DNA from: Thermomicrobiales bacterium
GTDB taxonomy: Bacteria > Chloroflexota > Chloroflexia > Thermomicrobiales > UBA6265
Direction: 5' to 3'
DNA: 64,000 bases
NCBI GenBank assembly: GCA_046328335.1
Contig: JAXLWU010000005.1
Location: 156,675 to 220,674 of the forward strand
Positions 35,552 to 45,467 of the stretch are shown piece by piece. The number at the start of each line of letters is the position of its first letter. Position 1 is the stretch's first letter. The translations under genes were made by a program, and so were the position numbers. The notes beneath the pieces are model-generated. The model worked only from the letters and a program-made list of their open reading frames with translations. It did not search any database and was not told the origin of the DNA.

Positions 35552-37008
35552 TGAGTCAGGAGTCGGGAGTCAGGAGTCGGGAGAAGGGCGCGTTGGCGGC
35601 GATGTCCTTGCTGCGTCTCGTCGTGCTGCTCGGCCTGCTGTTGGGACTCGCTCCCGCCGGCATCATCGCCGCGCAGGAGCAGCAACAGCAACAGCAGGAG
35701 GCGGCGCCAGCGGTCATTCCGGGGCTGAGCGTCGCTGAAAACGGGGCCACGGTCGATTTCCCGGAAGGGATCACCTTTTCGCTCACCGCGGAGGCGGACG
35801 ATCCGATCGCCGCGGTCGAGCTCCTCTACCGCTCCCCGGGCGTCGATACCTTCTCTGTCGAGTTGCCGCCGATCGATCCCGGCACGACATCGCTCGATAT
35901 CTCGGAACTGGTCGATCTGCGCGCCGGTGAACTGCCGCCGGGGGTCGATGTCAACTACCACTGGCGCATCGTCGAGGAAGACGGAGATGTCGTCGAGACG
36001 CCGGAGCAGACCCTGCTCTGGGGCGATGACCGCTACCAGTGGACGCCACTGGAAGGCCCCAACGTCACGGTCTACACCTACACCGGCGGACCCGACTTCG
36101 AGCAGGAGATTCTCGACGCCGCGGAGCGGACGGTGACCAGTCTTTCCCAGTCGTATGATGTGACCCCGGATCAGCGCATTCGCATCTGGGCCTATGCCAG
36201 CCGGGACGATCTCTACGGCGCGCTGGCCCCCAACTCCGAGCCGTGGATCGCGGGCGCGGCCTATCCCGGGCTGCACATCATCATGGCGATCCTCCCTCCG
36301 GGCGATCATTCCGAAGTGGCGCGCGTGGTGCCGCACGAAATCAGCCATCAGGTGCTGCACCAGGCGACGGAGAACCCCTTCAACGCGCCGCCGCAGTGGC
36401 TGGACGAGGGACTCGCCACCTACTGGCAGGAAAGCGGCCGGGAGCGCTTCTACGCCTACGCGCTGCAACTCGCCGCCACGGGCAACGTGCCGTCGCTGCG
36501 CACCCTGAACGGGCAATTTCCCTACGATCGCGATGGGGCGATGGCGAGTTACGCCTTCAGCCTGAGCGCGGTGATGTACATCATCGACACCTGGGGCGAC
36601 GAGGGGATGAGCCGGCTCATCGCGACCTTCCCCGAAGGCGTTTCCTATGATGACGCGATCCAGCAGGGCCTCGGCATCTCCTTCGACGAACTCGACCGCC
36701 GCTGGCGGGACGACCTCGTTGCCGATGCCAAGGCCGCCGGGGTGACCGGGTCCCCCTGGTTCGGCGACGATGGCGCCGGTGGCGCGCCGGGTGGTTCGGC
36801 GCTGGATGGCATCCTCGCGCTCACCTCGGGCACCCTGATTCTCGGCATCGTCGTCCTTATCGCGCTCATTGCCGGGCTCATCTCCCTGGTCCGCGGCCGC
36901 CGCCATCGTGACGAGGATGACAGCGACCTCGAATCCGGGGTGCGCTGGCGGGAGTGGCCGGAAGGGTTGGAGCCGCCCCGGCACGCGCACTCCCCGGGGC
37001 AGCCGTGA
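35548..37008 (+). CDS. Peptidase MA-superfamily zinc metalloprotease-like protein (signal peptide, C-terminal TM)
   Basis: HEISH zinc motif (VVPHEISHQVLHQ) with downstream WLDEGLATYW. It has an N-terminal hydrophobic signal, a Q-rich stretch, and a C-terminal helix LILGIVVLIALIAGLISLV. Confidence 0.75.
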   Translation: MMSQESGVRSREKGALAAMSLLRLVVLLGLLLGLAPAGIIAAQEQQQQQQEAAPAVIPGLSVAENGATVDFPEGITFSLTAEADDPIAAVELLYRSPGVDTFSVELPPIDPGTTSLDISELVDLRAGELPPGVDVNYHWRIVEEDGDVVETPEQTLLWGDDRYQWTPLEGPNVTVYTYTGGPDFEQEILDAAERTVTSLSQSYDVTPDQRIRIWAYASRDDLYGALAPNSEPWIAGAAYPGLHIIMAILPPGDHSEVARVVPHEISHQVLHQATENPFNAPPQWLDEGLATYWQESGRERFYAYALQLAATGNVPSLRTLNGQFPYDRDGAMASYAFSLSAVMYIIDTWGDEGMSRLIATFPEGVSYDDAIQQGLGISFDELDRRWRDDLVADAKAAGVTGSPWFGDDGAGGAPGGSALDGILALTSGTLILGIVVLIALIAGLISLVRGRRHRDEDDSDLESGVRWREWPEGLEPPRHAHSPGQP

Positions 37009-37072
37009 TCGCGGCGAGGTCAGCGCGCCAAACGTAACCGCTCAAGAAGAACGTGTACAGGAAGAGGTTGCC

Positions 37073-37405
37073 ATGACCGTCGCCGACCCCGAGACGCCGC
37101 AGCGCGCCCGCATCCTCGATCCCGCCGCGATCGAGCGCAAACTGGCGTTGAACACCTACAACGTCGATGCCGCGCGGGCGCATATTCGCATCATCGATCG
37201 TGACGTCTGCCTTCATTGCGTGCGCCAGCAATGCATCAACTGCTGCCCGGCGAACTGCTACGCCCCGGCCGATGATGGCCGCGTCATCTTTTCCTATGAG
37301 GGGTGCGTCGAGTGCGGCACCTGCCGCATCGTCTGCAACGAATTCCGCAACGTCGAATGGACCTACCCGCGGGGTGGGTTCGGGATTCAGTATCGCTACG
37401 GTTAG
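37073..37405 (+). CDS. FixX-like ferredoxin-family protein
   Basis: 110 aa. DRDVCLHCVRQQCINCCPANCY...EGCVECGTCRIVCNEFRNVEWTYPRGGFGIQYRYG has the FixX-type ending. No fixABC genes are in the window. Confidence 0.8.
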   Translation: MTVADPETPQRARILDPAAIERKLALNTYNVDAARAHIRIIDRDVCLHCVRQQCINCCPANCYAPADDGRVIFSYEGCVECGTCRIVCNEFRNVEWTYPRGGFGIQYRYG

Positions 37406-37494
37406 GCAAGACGGCGAGATGGCAAGAAACAGTAGAGCGGTACTGCCCTCTTGCAACTCCCGGCTTCGTCCTTGCCGTCTCGCCGTCTTGCCGT
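37406..37494. repeat. GGCAAGACGG-type low-complexity inverted repeat
   Basis: GGCAAGACGGCGAGATGGCAAG pairs with CTTGCCGTCTCGCCGTCTTGCC about 45 nt downstream. Related GGCAAG(A/G)CGG motifs fill 59858..60055. Confidence 0.45.
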
Positions 37495-37523
37495 CTCTAC
37501 TCTTCTCCTCGAGGAACGCATCG

Positions 37524-38036
37524 ATGTACTGGACCCGCAAACACGTGCTCGGCTGCACGGCCTCGCACTGCGCCGCCAAAGGGGCGAACGAGGTGCTGAT
37601 GGTGCTGCGCCGCGAGGTGCTGCGGCGCGGTCTCGACAAGGAGATCCTGGTCAACAACTGTGGCACGATCGATCTTTGCGATATCGGCCCTAATTTCGTC
37701 ATCTACCCGGAGGGCGTCATCTACTCCGGCGTGACCAAGGCGGACGTGCCGGAGTTGGTCGATGCGCTCGCCGCCGGAACCGTGGTCGAGCGGTTGGTAC
37801 TCTCGCCGGAGACGGCCGCGGAGCGGGCGCGACACGATTTCTACGCCGCGGCGGTAACGTCGGGTGATCCCCGCCCGGCGGACGCGTTCACTGCCCTCGC
37901 GCTCGCCCACGGCTTCGATGACGCCTGGATCGCGGAACAGGCGCGCCGGGGCTTCATCGCCCGCAAACCGGCCAGCGAGGATCGCCCCGAGACGATCAGC
38001 GTCACCAGCAAGGCCCGCACCCGCTACGGCGTCTGA
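37524..38036 (+). CDS. Thioredoxin-like [2Fe-2S] ferredoxin domain protein
   Basis: MYWTRKHVLGCTASHCAAKGANEVL...NNCGTIDLCDIGPNFVIYPEGVIYSGV is a Cys pattern typical of this family. Confidence 0.7.
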   Translation: MYWTRKHVLGCTASHCAAKGANEVLMVLRREVLRRGLDKEILVNNCGTIDLCDIGPNFVIYPEGVIYSGVTKADVPELVDALAAGTVVERLVLSPETAAERARHDFYAAAVTSGDPRPADAFTALALAHGFDDAWIAEQARRGFIARKPASEDRPETISVTSKARTRYGV

Positions 38037-38063
38037 GACGGAATGTGGGTCATGGCGGCATCG

Positions 38064-38387
38064 CCCCTCACCCTCACCCCTTGAGTGCCCCTCACCCCAA
38101 CCCCTCTCCCCGTGCGCGGGGCGAGGGACTGTTTCAGGTCGTCGAGCTGCCGGAGTGGAGCGTTATGCGCTCGAAAGACACGTCGCTTCCGAGTGCGCCA
38201 CGCAGCAGCGGTGTCGTCCCGACGCAGGAGGGACCTCGGCGGTCACGTTGACCACCACCACCGAGATTCTTCGCATCCGCGTGCCACGAACCCAGTGCTG
38301 CCTCGCACCCGCGGCAGCGTTGCTCCCTGCCGGAGCCCCTCTCCCCGCGCACGGGGAGAGGGGTTGGGGTGAGGGGCGCGTCGCGAG
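38064..38387. repeat. MITE-like element 3 (family A inverted ends)
   Basis: 38088..38127 is CCCCTCACCCCAACCCCTCTCCCCGTGCGCGGGGCGAGGG, and 38346..38387 is its inverted copy. The interior shares GTGTCGTCCCGACGCAGGAGGGACCTCGGC (38211..38240) with element 1. Confidence 0.7.
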
Positions 38388-38416
38388 CGAACGCCAGTGA
38401 TGACCTGCAATCGGTA

Positions 38417-39922
38417 TCAGGTCCGAAGCGCCGGTACGGGTTCGGCATCGATGTCGCGGCAGCCTTGTCCGGCGCAGCCTGCTACCGCCGCCAGGCGTGT
38501 CGCGAGCGCATCGAGCAGGGCTTGGTCGCTGGACTCGACCAGATTCTCCAGTTCGTAGGGGTCGCGGCCGAGGTCGTACAACTCGCGCTGGCCGTTGCTG
38601 TGCTCCGCGTAGAGATAATCCTCCGTGCGTAACGCCTTGAACGCCGGATCGGAGGTATTGCGCTCGGGACGGCTCACGTAATGCTCCGCCAGCACGGCGT
38701 GACGCCAGGGACCGGGATCGTCTCCGGCCAGCAACGGCGCCAGCGAGCGGCCGTCGACGAAGTCGGGAACAGGGACATCGGCCCAGGCCGCGAAGGTTGG
38801 CGCCAGATCGATCTGCGAAGCGAGAGCGTCGATCGTCGTCCCTGGGGCGATGCCCGGTCCCCGCACGATCAGCGGCACCCGGATCGATTCCTCATACGGT
38901 GAGCCTTTCCCGTCGGCGATGCGGTGTTCCCCGAGGTGGAAGCCGTTGTCCGAGGTGAACACCACATAGGTGTTGGCCAGCGTTCCACTCTGGTCCAGCG
39001 CTGCGATCAGCGTGCCCACCATCTCGTCCGCCGCCAGCAACGTCTGCCAGCGCCCGCGGTAGGTCTGATCGATCTGCGCCTCCACCGTGCTGGACAACGG
39101 CGGCAAGTTCTTCACCCAATCCGGCTTGTCCGCGACATCTGCCTCGTTGAACGCGGGACCGCGAGGCGCCGCGATATCGGGCACCGCGGCGGCGTGGCGC
39201 GCGGCCGGTTCGACCGGTCCATGCGGCGCGCGCGGCGAGAGGTGCAGAAAGAAGGGCGCGCCGCTCGCGGCCGCGTCACGAATGAATTGCGCGGCGAGCG
39301 CTCCCAGGACATCGGTCGAATACTGTTCGCTCTGACCGGAGCGGTACTTCACGACCTCGCCGTTGTGGTTGATCTCGAAGCGGGTGTAGCCTTCCTGGGT
39401 GACGCCATTCCAGTCAGACCATCCCGGCGGAACGTATGATTCCGCGACCGCTTCGCGATAGCCGTTCATGTATTTCCCGACGAGCGCGGTGCGGTAGCCG
39501 GCGTCCTGCAGCCAGGTCGCGATGTTGGATTCCTCGTTCCCCTGCGCGATGTACTGGTCCAGCCCACCGATCTCCCCGCTCCCCCGCAATACGCCATGGT
39601 TGTGCGGGTACTGACCGCGAAAGATCGAAGCCCGGGCCGGGGCGCATTGCGCCGCGGTACTGAAGAACGCGCTGCCGCTCGCCCCCTGCGCGGCAAGGAG
39701 GCGCTGCACCATCGGCATCGCGGCGATATCGTCGTACCGCAGGTCATCGAGGAGAATCAGCACGATATTCGGCCGGGGATCAGGCTCCGTGGCCGGCGTC
39801 GCCAGCGCTGCGGCCAGCGAGCGCGTGGGCGTCCTGCCCAGGGTGACGGCGCCCGCGGCGCTCGCGCCCAGCCACCGCATCACCGCGCGGCGCGTGGCCC
39901 TGCGGCGTGGGCCATACGCCAT
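38417..39922 (-). CDS. Sulfatase (Cys-type, Tat signal)
   Basis: MAYGPRRRATRRAVMRWLGASAAGAV, then PNIVLILLDDLRYD and the formylglycine motif CAPARASIFRGQYPHNHG. Confidence 0.9.
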   Translation of the reverse strand: MAYGPRRRATRRAVMRWLGASAAGAVTLGRTPTRSLAAALATPATEPDPRPNIVLILLDDLRYDDIAAMPMVQRLLAAQGASGSAFFSTAAQCAPARASIFRGQYPHNHGVLRGSGEIGGLDQYIAQGNEESNIATWLQDAGYRTALVGKYMNGYREAVAESYVPPGWSDWNGVTQEGYTRFEINHNGEVVKYRSGQSEQYSTDVLGALAAQFIRDAAASGAPFFLHLSPRAPHGPVEPAARHAAAVPDIAAPRGPAFNEADVADKPDWVKNLPPLSSTVEAQIDQTYRGRWQTLLAADEMVGTLIAALDQSGTLANTYVVFTSDNGFHLGEHRIADGKGSPYEESIRVPLIVRGPGIAPGTTIDALASQIDLAPTFAAWADVPVPDFVDGRSLAPLLAGDDPGPWRHAVLAEHYVSRPERNTSDPAFKALRTEDYLYAEHSNGQRELYDLGRDPYELENLVESSDQALLDALATRLAAVAGCAGQGCRDIDAEPVPALRT

Positions 39923-39978
39923 CACCCCGCCCTCGGTCATCCCGCCCAGACCTTCCCTATGACGCAGAGAAGATGGAC

Positions 39979-41787
39979 TCATTTCGCCACGATCACGCCG
40001 CTCATCCCGGCTTGCTGGTGACCGGGGATGTTGCATTCGAACTGATGCCTGCCGGGCGGGAGGTTGACCGTTACCTCACCTGTATCGCCCGGTTCGACAT
40101 CGATGCTGATGTCGCCCAGGGTAAAGTTGTGCCGCGTCGCGCCGTTGTTCGGCAGCACAATGCGGACATCCGTGTTGGCGGGAATCGTGACCCGGCGCGG
40201 CTCGAAGAAGATGTCCTCCATCGCAATCGTGACGTCTTCTGCCGCGGCAGCAGCCGGCGTCGCCGCGGCGGGAGCAGGGGTTGCCGCTGGCGCCGCTGGT
40301 TCACTCTGGGCGCCGGCCGTGTCCTCGTCCCGCGCCGGTTCGCCAAGTGGCGCGGTCGCCGCGCCCGCGGGGACCTTATCCGCGCTGACGATTTTCCAGA
40401 TCGAGCCCGTCTTGACGTCCGCTCCCGGGGCGCGCGGCAGGAGACTGGTCACGTAGAGATTGCCGTCGGCATCCTGCGCGCCACCGGTGATCTGCAAGGC
40501 GGTGTCGAGTAATCGCTGGAACTGCCAGACCCCGTTCTCGTCGCGCTGCAGACCGCGCACTTCTCCGGTGCAGTAGTCCGCGCTGAAGAAGACGCCATCG
40601 AGGGAGGGATACGTCTCGCCGCGGTAGACCCCGATCGCGATCACCGCACAGCCGTCACCGCCGTGGGCATACTCCGCGACCGGCAACACCCCGACCTGTT
40701 GCCGCGGGCACTCGGTCAGTTCATCGGGGAAACAGTGGGAGGCCTCGAGCCAGTCCCAGCCGTAGTTCTGTCCGGCGGTGGCGCCAGCGGGCTGGTAGTC
40801 GATCTCCTCCCACTTGTCCGCGCCGACATCGCCGATGTAGATATCGCCGTTGGCCGAGTCAAAGGCGAACTGCCAGGGATTGCGGAAGCCGAGGGCCCAG
40901 ATTTCTTTCCGCACCGGGGAGAGATTCTTGCGGTTCTCATTGGAAATCGAGCCGATGCCGCGCCGCTCCCGCGTCCGCTCTCCCCGCGATGAAGTCTTCT
41001 CTTTTGGCTCCTGGCCGGGGTAGGGGTTGTCATAGCGCCCCGGGCCGTTGAACGGGTTGTCCGCGGGAATGCCGTAAGGTTGGCCGGGGGCGGCGCTATC
41101 GACATCGATGCGCAGAATCTTGCCGAGCAGTGAAAACCGGCTCTGCGCATTGTCGTAGGCATCCCCCTGCCAGCCGCCGTCGCCGGTCGAGATATAGAGG
41201 TAGCCGTCGGCGCCAAAGCGCAAGGCGCCGCCGTTGTGTTGCGGATAGGGCTTTTCGATCACCAACAGCGGCCGCTCCGTTTCCGGATCGGCCTTGTTCG
41301 GGTTGTCCTTGCTGACCTGGAATTCGGAAACGGTGATCGCGCCGTTCTTGAACAGGTTGTTGTAGTGCACGTAGAACTTGCCATTGGTCGCGAAGTCCGG
41401 GTGGAAGGCGAGACCCAGCAACCCCTGCTCTCCCGGGCGCAGCGCCACGGTGGCCGAAAGATCGAGGAACGGCTCGGGTTCGGATGAACCATCGGCGTGG
41501 ACAATGCCGATGGTGCCGGAGTTGCTGATGTAGAAGATGCGGCCGCTGCCGTCTGGCGGAAACGCGACGCCGACCGGATCGGAGAGACCGGACGCGACCT
41601 CGACGAGTTGAATCTGGGGATCACCCGGCAGATCGCCGCCGAGGTGCGCCACGCCAGCGGCGGTCGTTGGCGCCGCGGCCGGCGTTGCCTCTTGCGCCAT
41701 GCCCCGCGAGACCGGGACGGCGAGCGGCGCGCTGAGCAGGCAGAGGAGCAACCCCATACCCAGTGTTCGCAAACGTGTCACAGACAA
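39979..41787 (-). CDS. PQQ-dependent sugar dehydrogenase (beta-propeller) fused to a C-terminal cupredoxin domain
   Basis: Propeller region: GLLGLAFHPDF, HNGGALRFGADGYLYISTGDGG, RNPWQFAFD. An Ala/Pro linker follows. Cupredoxin region: ...ATRHNFTLGD...PGRHQFECNIPGHQQAGMSGVIVAK (His...Cys-x2-His-x4-Met copper ligands). Confidence 0.85.
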   Translation of the reverse strand: MSVTRLRTLGMGLLLCLLSAPLAVPVSRGMAQEATPAAAPTTAAGVAHLGGDLPGDPQIQLVEVASGLSDPVGVAFPPDGSGRIFYISNSGTIGIVHADGSSEPEPFLDLSATVALRPGEQGLLGLAFHPDFATNGKFYVHYNNLFKNGAITVSEFQVSKDNPNKADPETERPLLVIEKPYPQHNGGALRFGADGYLYISTGDGGWQGDAYDNAQSRFSLLGKILRIDVDSAAPGQPYGIPADNPFNGPGRYDNPYPGQEPKEKTSSRGERTRERRGIGSISNENRKNLSPVRKEIWALGFRNPWQFAFDSANGDIYIGDVGADKWEEIDYQPAGATAGQNYGWDWLEASHCFPDELTECPRQQVGVLPVAEYAHGGDGCAVIAIGVYRGETYPSLDGVFFSADYCTGEVRGLQRDENGVWQFQRLLDTALQITGGAQDADGNLYVTSLLPRAPGADVKTGSIWKIVSADKVPAGAATAPLGEPARDEDTAGAQSEPAAPAATPAPAAATPAAAAAEDVTIAMEDIFFEPRRVTIPANTDVRIVLPNNGATRHNFTLGDISIDVEPGDTGEVTVNLPPGRHQFECNIPGHQQAGMSGVIVAK

Positions 41788-42052
41788 CCCCTTCGATTCG
41801 CCGCGTCATCTTCAAGAGGCTCTCAAGGATGGGAGCGATGTGGCGCGGTCAGGCAGCGCAGTCGTCCGCGGGCGGGGGTACGGACCAGCGGCGAAGGGTA
41901 CCACTATCCCCGGCGGAAGGACCGTCGGTCGCAGCGGGCGATGATCACCGCAACGATACGGTGATGAGGCCTGAGGCCATGAGCGGGTGCGAGGGGTCGT
42001 CTCGCGTCGAGCGGCCGCGTGGCCGGGGGAGCCACCGCCACGAGCAGCAGCC

Positions 42053-42138
42053 GTGTCGTCCCGAGGAACGAGGGACCTCGTCGTGCGGCGCGGGGCAAGA
42101 CGGACGACGAGATTCCTCACGTTCGTTCGGAATGACAC
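42053..42138. repeat. Family B/C palindromic unit U3 (opposite orientation)
   Basis: GTGTCGTCCCGAGGAACGAGGGACCTCG ... CGAGATTCCTCACGTTCGTTCGGAATGACAC. Confidence 0.65.
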
Positions 42139-42250
42139 CAGTCTGGCGTGGCGTTTTCGATGGCCCTGCCTTCGGCGCGGGGCTCAGGTAACGCCATGTA
42201 ACCGCTCCCGGCGGTTCGCTCGCGAGACGACGTGGTCCTGCTGCCGGGGA

Positions 42251-43051
42251 TCAGTCGGCTTCGCCGCCGGGTCCCTCGTGGCCCTCGTCAGCAAGCCAGC
42301 GCCAGAAGCGGGGGCTCAACTCGGCGTAGAAATCGAGCAACGGCGCGGGGAGCAGGAGCGCGAGCAGCAACACCGCTTCCACCCGCTCATCGGCCAGTTG
42401 GGGATAGGTCTCGCCGCTGAACCAGGCGTCCAGCAACCGCGACCAGATCGCCGTGAAGCGCTCGATGGCGCCGGCGAGCCGGGCCGCACTCCAGTCCCGG
42501 ATGGTGGGCGGCGGCCATTCCCCGAGGCGGGGCGGGGGCCACCGCTCGGGATCGAACCCGGGCGCATCGCCGACCCCAACCGCGTTCAGACCTGGCCAGC
42601 GGACCACCGCCAGGCGCGGCGGCGCATACAGTCCGCGCTCCCCGGCATCGATCGCGAGAATCGGCAGCGGCACCGCCACCGCGCGAGGGTATCCCGCCGC
42701 GGGAACGGGGTAGAGCGGCATCGTCCCGGGATGGAGCGGCCCTTCCGCCTTCGCCAGGTCGTGCCCGGCGCGCATGGCCGCGGTGACCCGCTCGCCCGGC
42801 GCCCGCCGCGATGCTCCAGGATCGCCGTAGAACGAACCGATGGCGAAGCGCAGCACGGCCATCGCGCCGTCGGGCGCGCGCACGGTGAGGTGGTCTTCCG
42901 GCGCGTCGGTGGCGGAAACCAGCATCTGCCCCGCGGTCTGCCAGGGTCCTGCCTCGGCCGGCCAGGCGGTGAGATAGGCAGTGACCTCGGCGATGCTATC
43001 GGCGCGGATCGCCGGGCCTCGGCGTGGGGGAAACGGCGAACGGTCAGGCAT
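42251..43051 (-). CDS. Hypothetical protein (266 aa)
   Basis: ATG at 43051 overlaps the upstream gene stop by 8 nt. Translation MPDRSPFPPRRGPAIRADSIAEVTAYLTAWPAEAG... has no motif I recognise. Confidence 0.5.
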   Translation of the reverse strand: MPDRSPFPPRRGPAIRADSIAEVTAYLTAWPAEAGPWQTAGQMLVSATDAPEDHLTVRAPDGAMAVLRFAIGSFYGDPGASRRAPGERVTAAMRAGHDLAKAEGPLHPGTMPLYPVPAAGYPRAVAVPLPILAIDAGERGLYAPPRLAVVRWPGLNAVGVGDAPGFDPERWPPPRLGEWPPPTIRDWSAARLAGAIERFTAIWSRLLDAWFSGETYPQLADERVEAVLLLALLLPAPLLDFYAELSPRFWRWLADEGHEGPGGEAD

Positions 43052-43688
43052 CGGCCGCCGGCGTCGATTGCGCGCGGCGGTTCGCCTCGCCGAGCCGGTA
43101 CAGGGTCGCCAGTTGCCGGGAGAACGTTTCGGGGTCGGGGAGATCGAGCCGGGTCCGCATCTCGCGCGTGAGGCGGACCATGCCGGCGGCCGGATCGTAG
43201 AGAAAACCGAACCGCTGCTTCTGGTCGTCCGGCACCACCGCCGTCGCTTCCGCCGGGAAGTCGATGCCAAGCCGGGTCAGGAGCGCGGGATCGCCCTCGA
43301 AGCGGCGCACCGGCTCCGGCAGCGTTTTCTCCGGGAGCGACGACCATTCCCACGCCGCGCCACCGGCGGAATCGACCAGTTCGACGTGGAAGAGGCGGCC
43401 AAACCCACCGGGCGCGGTGGCGACCCGGCCGATCGCGATCTGACCGTGGTAGCGGCCCTCCACGCGCGCCTCATCGAGATCGACCGTGCCGTCGATCGCC
43501 GCCGCCAGGGGAGCCAACCGCTCCATGAGATCGGCCTTGCCCCGCCGGTTGAAGACGACGGCGAGGTAGGCGGTCCCCGCCAGGGAGAGGAGCACGATGA
43601 TGCACATCGCGAGCGCGGTCGCGAGATAGGGATTCACCGATCGATACACCTTTCGGACCACTACCGCTGGTCGGCAACGGTACCCCAT
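43044..43688 (-). CDS. Hypothetical membrane-anchored protein
   Basis: One N-terminal TM helix (PYLATALAMCIIVLLSLAGTAYLAVVF), then a soluble domain. The family is not recognised. It is coupled to 42251..43051. Confidence 0.5.
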   Translation of the reverse strand: MGYRCRPAVVVRKVYRSVNPYLATALAMCIIVLLSLAGTAYLAVVFNRRGKADLMERLAPLAAAIDGTVDLDEARVEGRYHGQIAIGRVATAPGGFGRLFHVELVDSAGGAAWEWSSLPEKTLPEPVRRFEGDPALLTRLGIDFPAEATAVVPDDQKQRFGFLYDPAAGMVRLTREMRTRLDLPDPETFSRQLATLYRLGEANRRAQSTPAADA

Positions 43689-43743
43689 TCACCAGGCCGA
43701 TGATGGGCGGGGAGCGCTCGTACAATGGCGGCGACACGGGACA

Positions 43744-45030
43744 GTGGTCGCGCGACGGGTGGAATTGAGCACGATGCGGTTGCCGGGCGGCCAGCGAATA
43801 TCGTGGCATCTTGGGCTGGGTCCCGAACTCGGCTACGTCTTCTGGGCGATGATCGGCGTCGAAGGGGCCTTCGGCGCCTATGTCGGCATCTGGCCGCTCT
43901 GGATCGAGGCGCTCGGCGCGCCGATCACGGTTGTCGGTCTGATCCTCGGCTCGTCAGGGCTGCTGCGGCTGCTGATGCTGGCGCCGAGCGCGGCGCTGGC
44001 GGACCGGATCGAACCGCGCACCCTCATCCTGGCCGCGCGCAGCGTGACCGGCGTCGGGCTGGTGACCGCGGCCCTGGCCACGCACTGGACCCAACTGGCG
44101 CCGATGGTGATCGGCACCGCCGTCGGCGAGATCGCCTTCCCCCTCACCCAGTCGTACCTGGCGACGCTGGCCGGCAAGGATCGGGTGCGGGCCTTCACCC
44201 TGGTCTTCAATGTCGGACCGGCGGTCTCCTTCGGGATTGCGCCGCTGATCTCCGGACTGCTGATCGCCCGCTTCGACATGCGGGCGGCGTTTCTCTTCGC
44301 CGCGCTCTGCACGCTGGCATCCCTGTTCTTCTTCAGCCGCTTTACGCCGCGCGCCAAGCGGGTGAAAGGGGAGACGGCGGTCCGGGCCTCCTACCGCGAT
44401 GCGGTTGTTGAACCGGGCGTAGCGCCGATGCTGGCGCTCCAGTTCGTCACCGTCTTCGCGCTGGCACTGGGGATTTCGCTGTTGCCGACCTTTCTCGCCG
44501 ATGTGCGCGGGATTTCGCCGGCGCTGGTCGCCATCCTCGGTGGTGTCGGTTCGACCGGCGCGGCGCTCTACGGACTGGTGATCGCGCGCAGCCGGCGGCT
44601 CCAGCGATACCCGCTGTTCGCCATCATCGTGGCGGTGGTGATGGTGATGGGGACCATGATCGTGGTGCTGGCGACGCCGATGATCTGGCTGATCGCGCTG
44701 GCGTTCGTCGGGCGCGGTGGACTGTGGTCGGCCTGGGGGCTCTACGCGGCGACGCTGAGCGAGGTGGTGCGGACCGATCGGGTGCGGTCGCGGGTCTTCG
44801 CGTTGAGCGAGATGATGGGCGGCAGCGCCTTTTCGACCGCGCCGATCGTCTCCGGGCAACTCTACGCGGTGCGGCCGGAGGGGCCGCTGCTCGCTTCCCT
44901 GGTCGCCAGCGCGGCGTTGATCCCGGTCCTCTACATCGCCCAGCGCCGGATCGGCTCCGGCCGGCCGCTGACGGAGGACGAGGAGGCCATCGCGCTCGCG
45001 GCGCCGCTGGCCGATCCCGAGGCGGCGTAG
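43744..45030 (+). CDS. MFS transporter
   Basis: 428 aa with about 12 hydrophobic segments and a DRIEPR-type loop after TM2 (LADRIEPRTLILAA). Confidence 0.8.
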   Translation: MVARRVELSTMRLPGGQRISWHLGLGPELGYVFWAMIGVEGAFGAYVGIWPLWIEALGAPITVVGLILGSSGLLRLLMLAPSAALADRIEPRTLILAARSVTGVGLVTAALATHWTQLAPMVIGTAVGEIAFPLTQSYLATLAGKDRVRAFTLVFNVGPAVSFGIAPLISGLLIARFDMRAAFLFAALCTLASLFFFSRFTPRAKRVKGETAVRASYRDAVVEPGVAPMLALQFVTVFALALGISLLPTFLADVRGISPALVAILGGVGSTGAALYGLVIARSRRLQRYPLFAIIVAVVMVMGTMIVVLATPMIWLIALAFVGRGGLWSAWGLYAATLSEVVRTDRVRSRVFALSEMMGGSAFSTAPIVSGQLYAVRPEGPLLASLVASAALIPVLYIAQRRIGSGRPLTEDEEAIALAAPLADPEAA

Positions 45031-45099
45031 GTTCGCGGGTCTGGACCTCGTTCATGCCCCGCCCGCGGCACCGGTGGTTTGGACCACCGTGCTCACGTC

Positions 45100-45186
45100 G
45101 TGTCGTCCCGACCGCAGGAGGGACCTCGGCGTTGGCAGTGAACGCAACCAACGAACGAGATACCTCGCGCTGGCTCGGCATGACAC
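45100..45186. repeat. Family B/C palindromic unit U4
   Basis: GTGTCGTCCCGACCGCAGGAGGGACCTCGGC ... CGAGATACCTCGCGCTGGCTCGGCATGACAC. Confidence 0.65.
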
Positions 45187-45467
45187 CATGGTTGCACGTC
45201 GCAGGAGCCATCGGCTGTAACGCGGGGAACCCTGGTGCACTGGGCTGGAATCGGTTGGGGCGAATAATCTGTTGCGAACATACGTTCTGCGCATTATGAT
45301 GCATTGTGGAGGATGACTCGCGAAGCGCGAGTCATTTTCACCGGTCTATCTCACCGCAACTGAAGTCGACGTGACTGGAGAAGGGATCGCCGATGATCTC
45401 CGCTCACTCCCGAAACGCCCAGGGGCAGCGTCATGATCTCCGCGCGCATTTGCACGCGGTCGCCGGC

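Noticed and set aside
35521-36990. 489-aa ORF antisense to the MA-family peptidase gene.
   Set aside because: The + strand frame carries a signal peptide, HExxH and a C-terminal TM helix. The antisense frame is featureless.
37073-38036. An ETF/FixABCX electron-bifurcation cluster.
   Set aside because: Only the FixX-like ferredoxin and a separate [2Fe-2S] protein are present. No fixA, fixB or fixC homologues occur in the window.
45380-45416. A possible extra upstream CRISPR repeat ending in CCCGAAAC.
   Set aside because: It aligns poorly to R1/R2 apart from the GAAAC tail and a GATGAT block, and the spacing to R1 (51 nt) is wrong.
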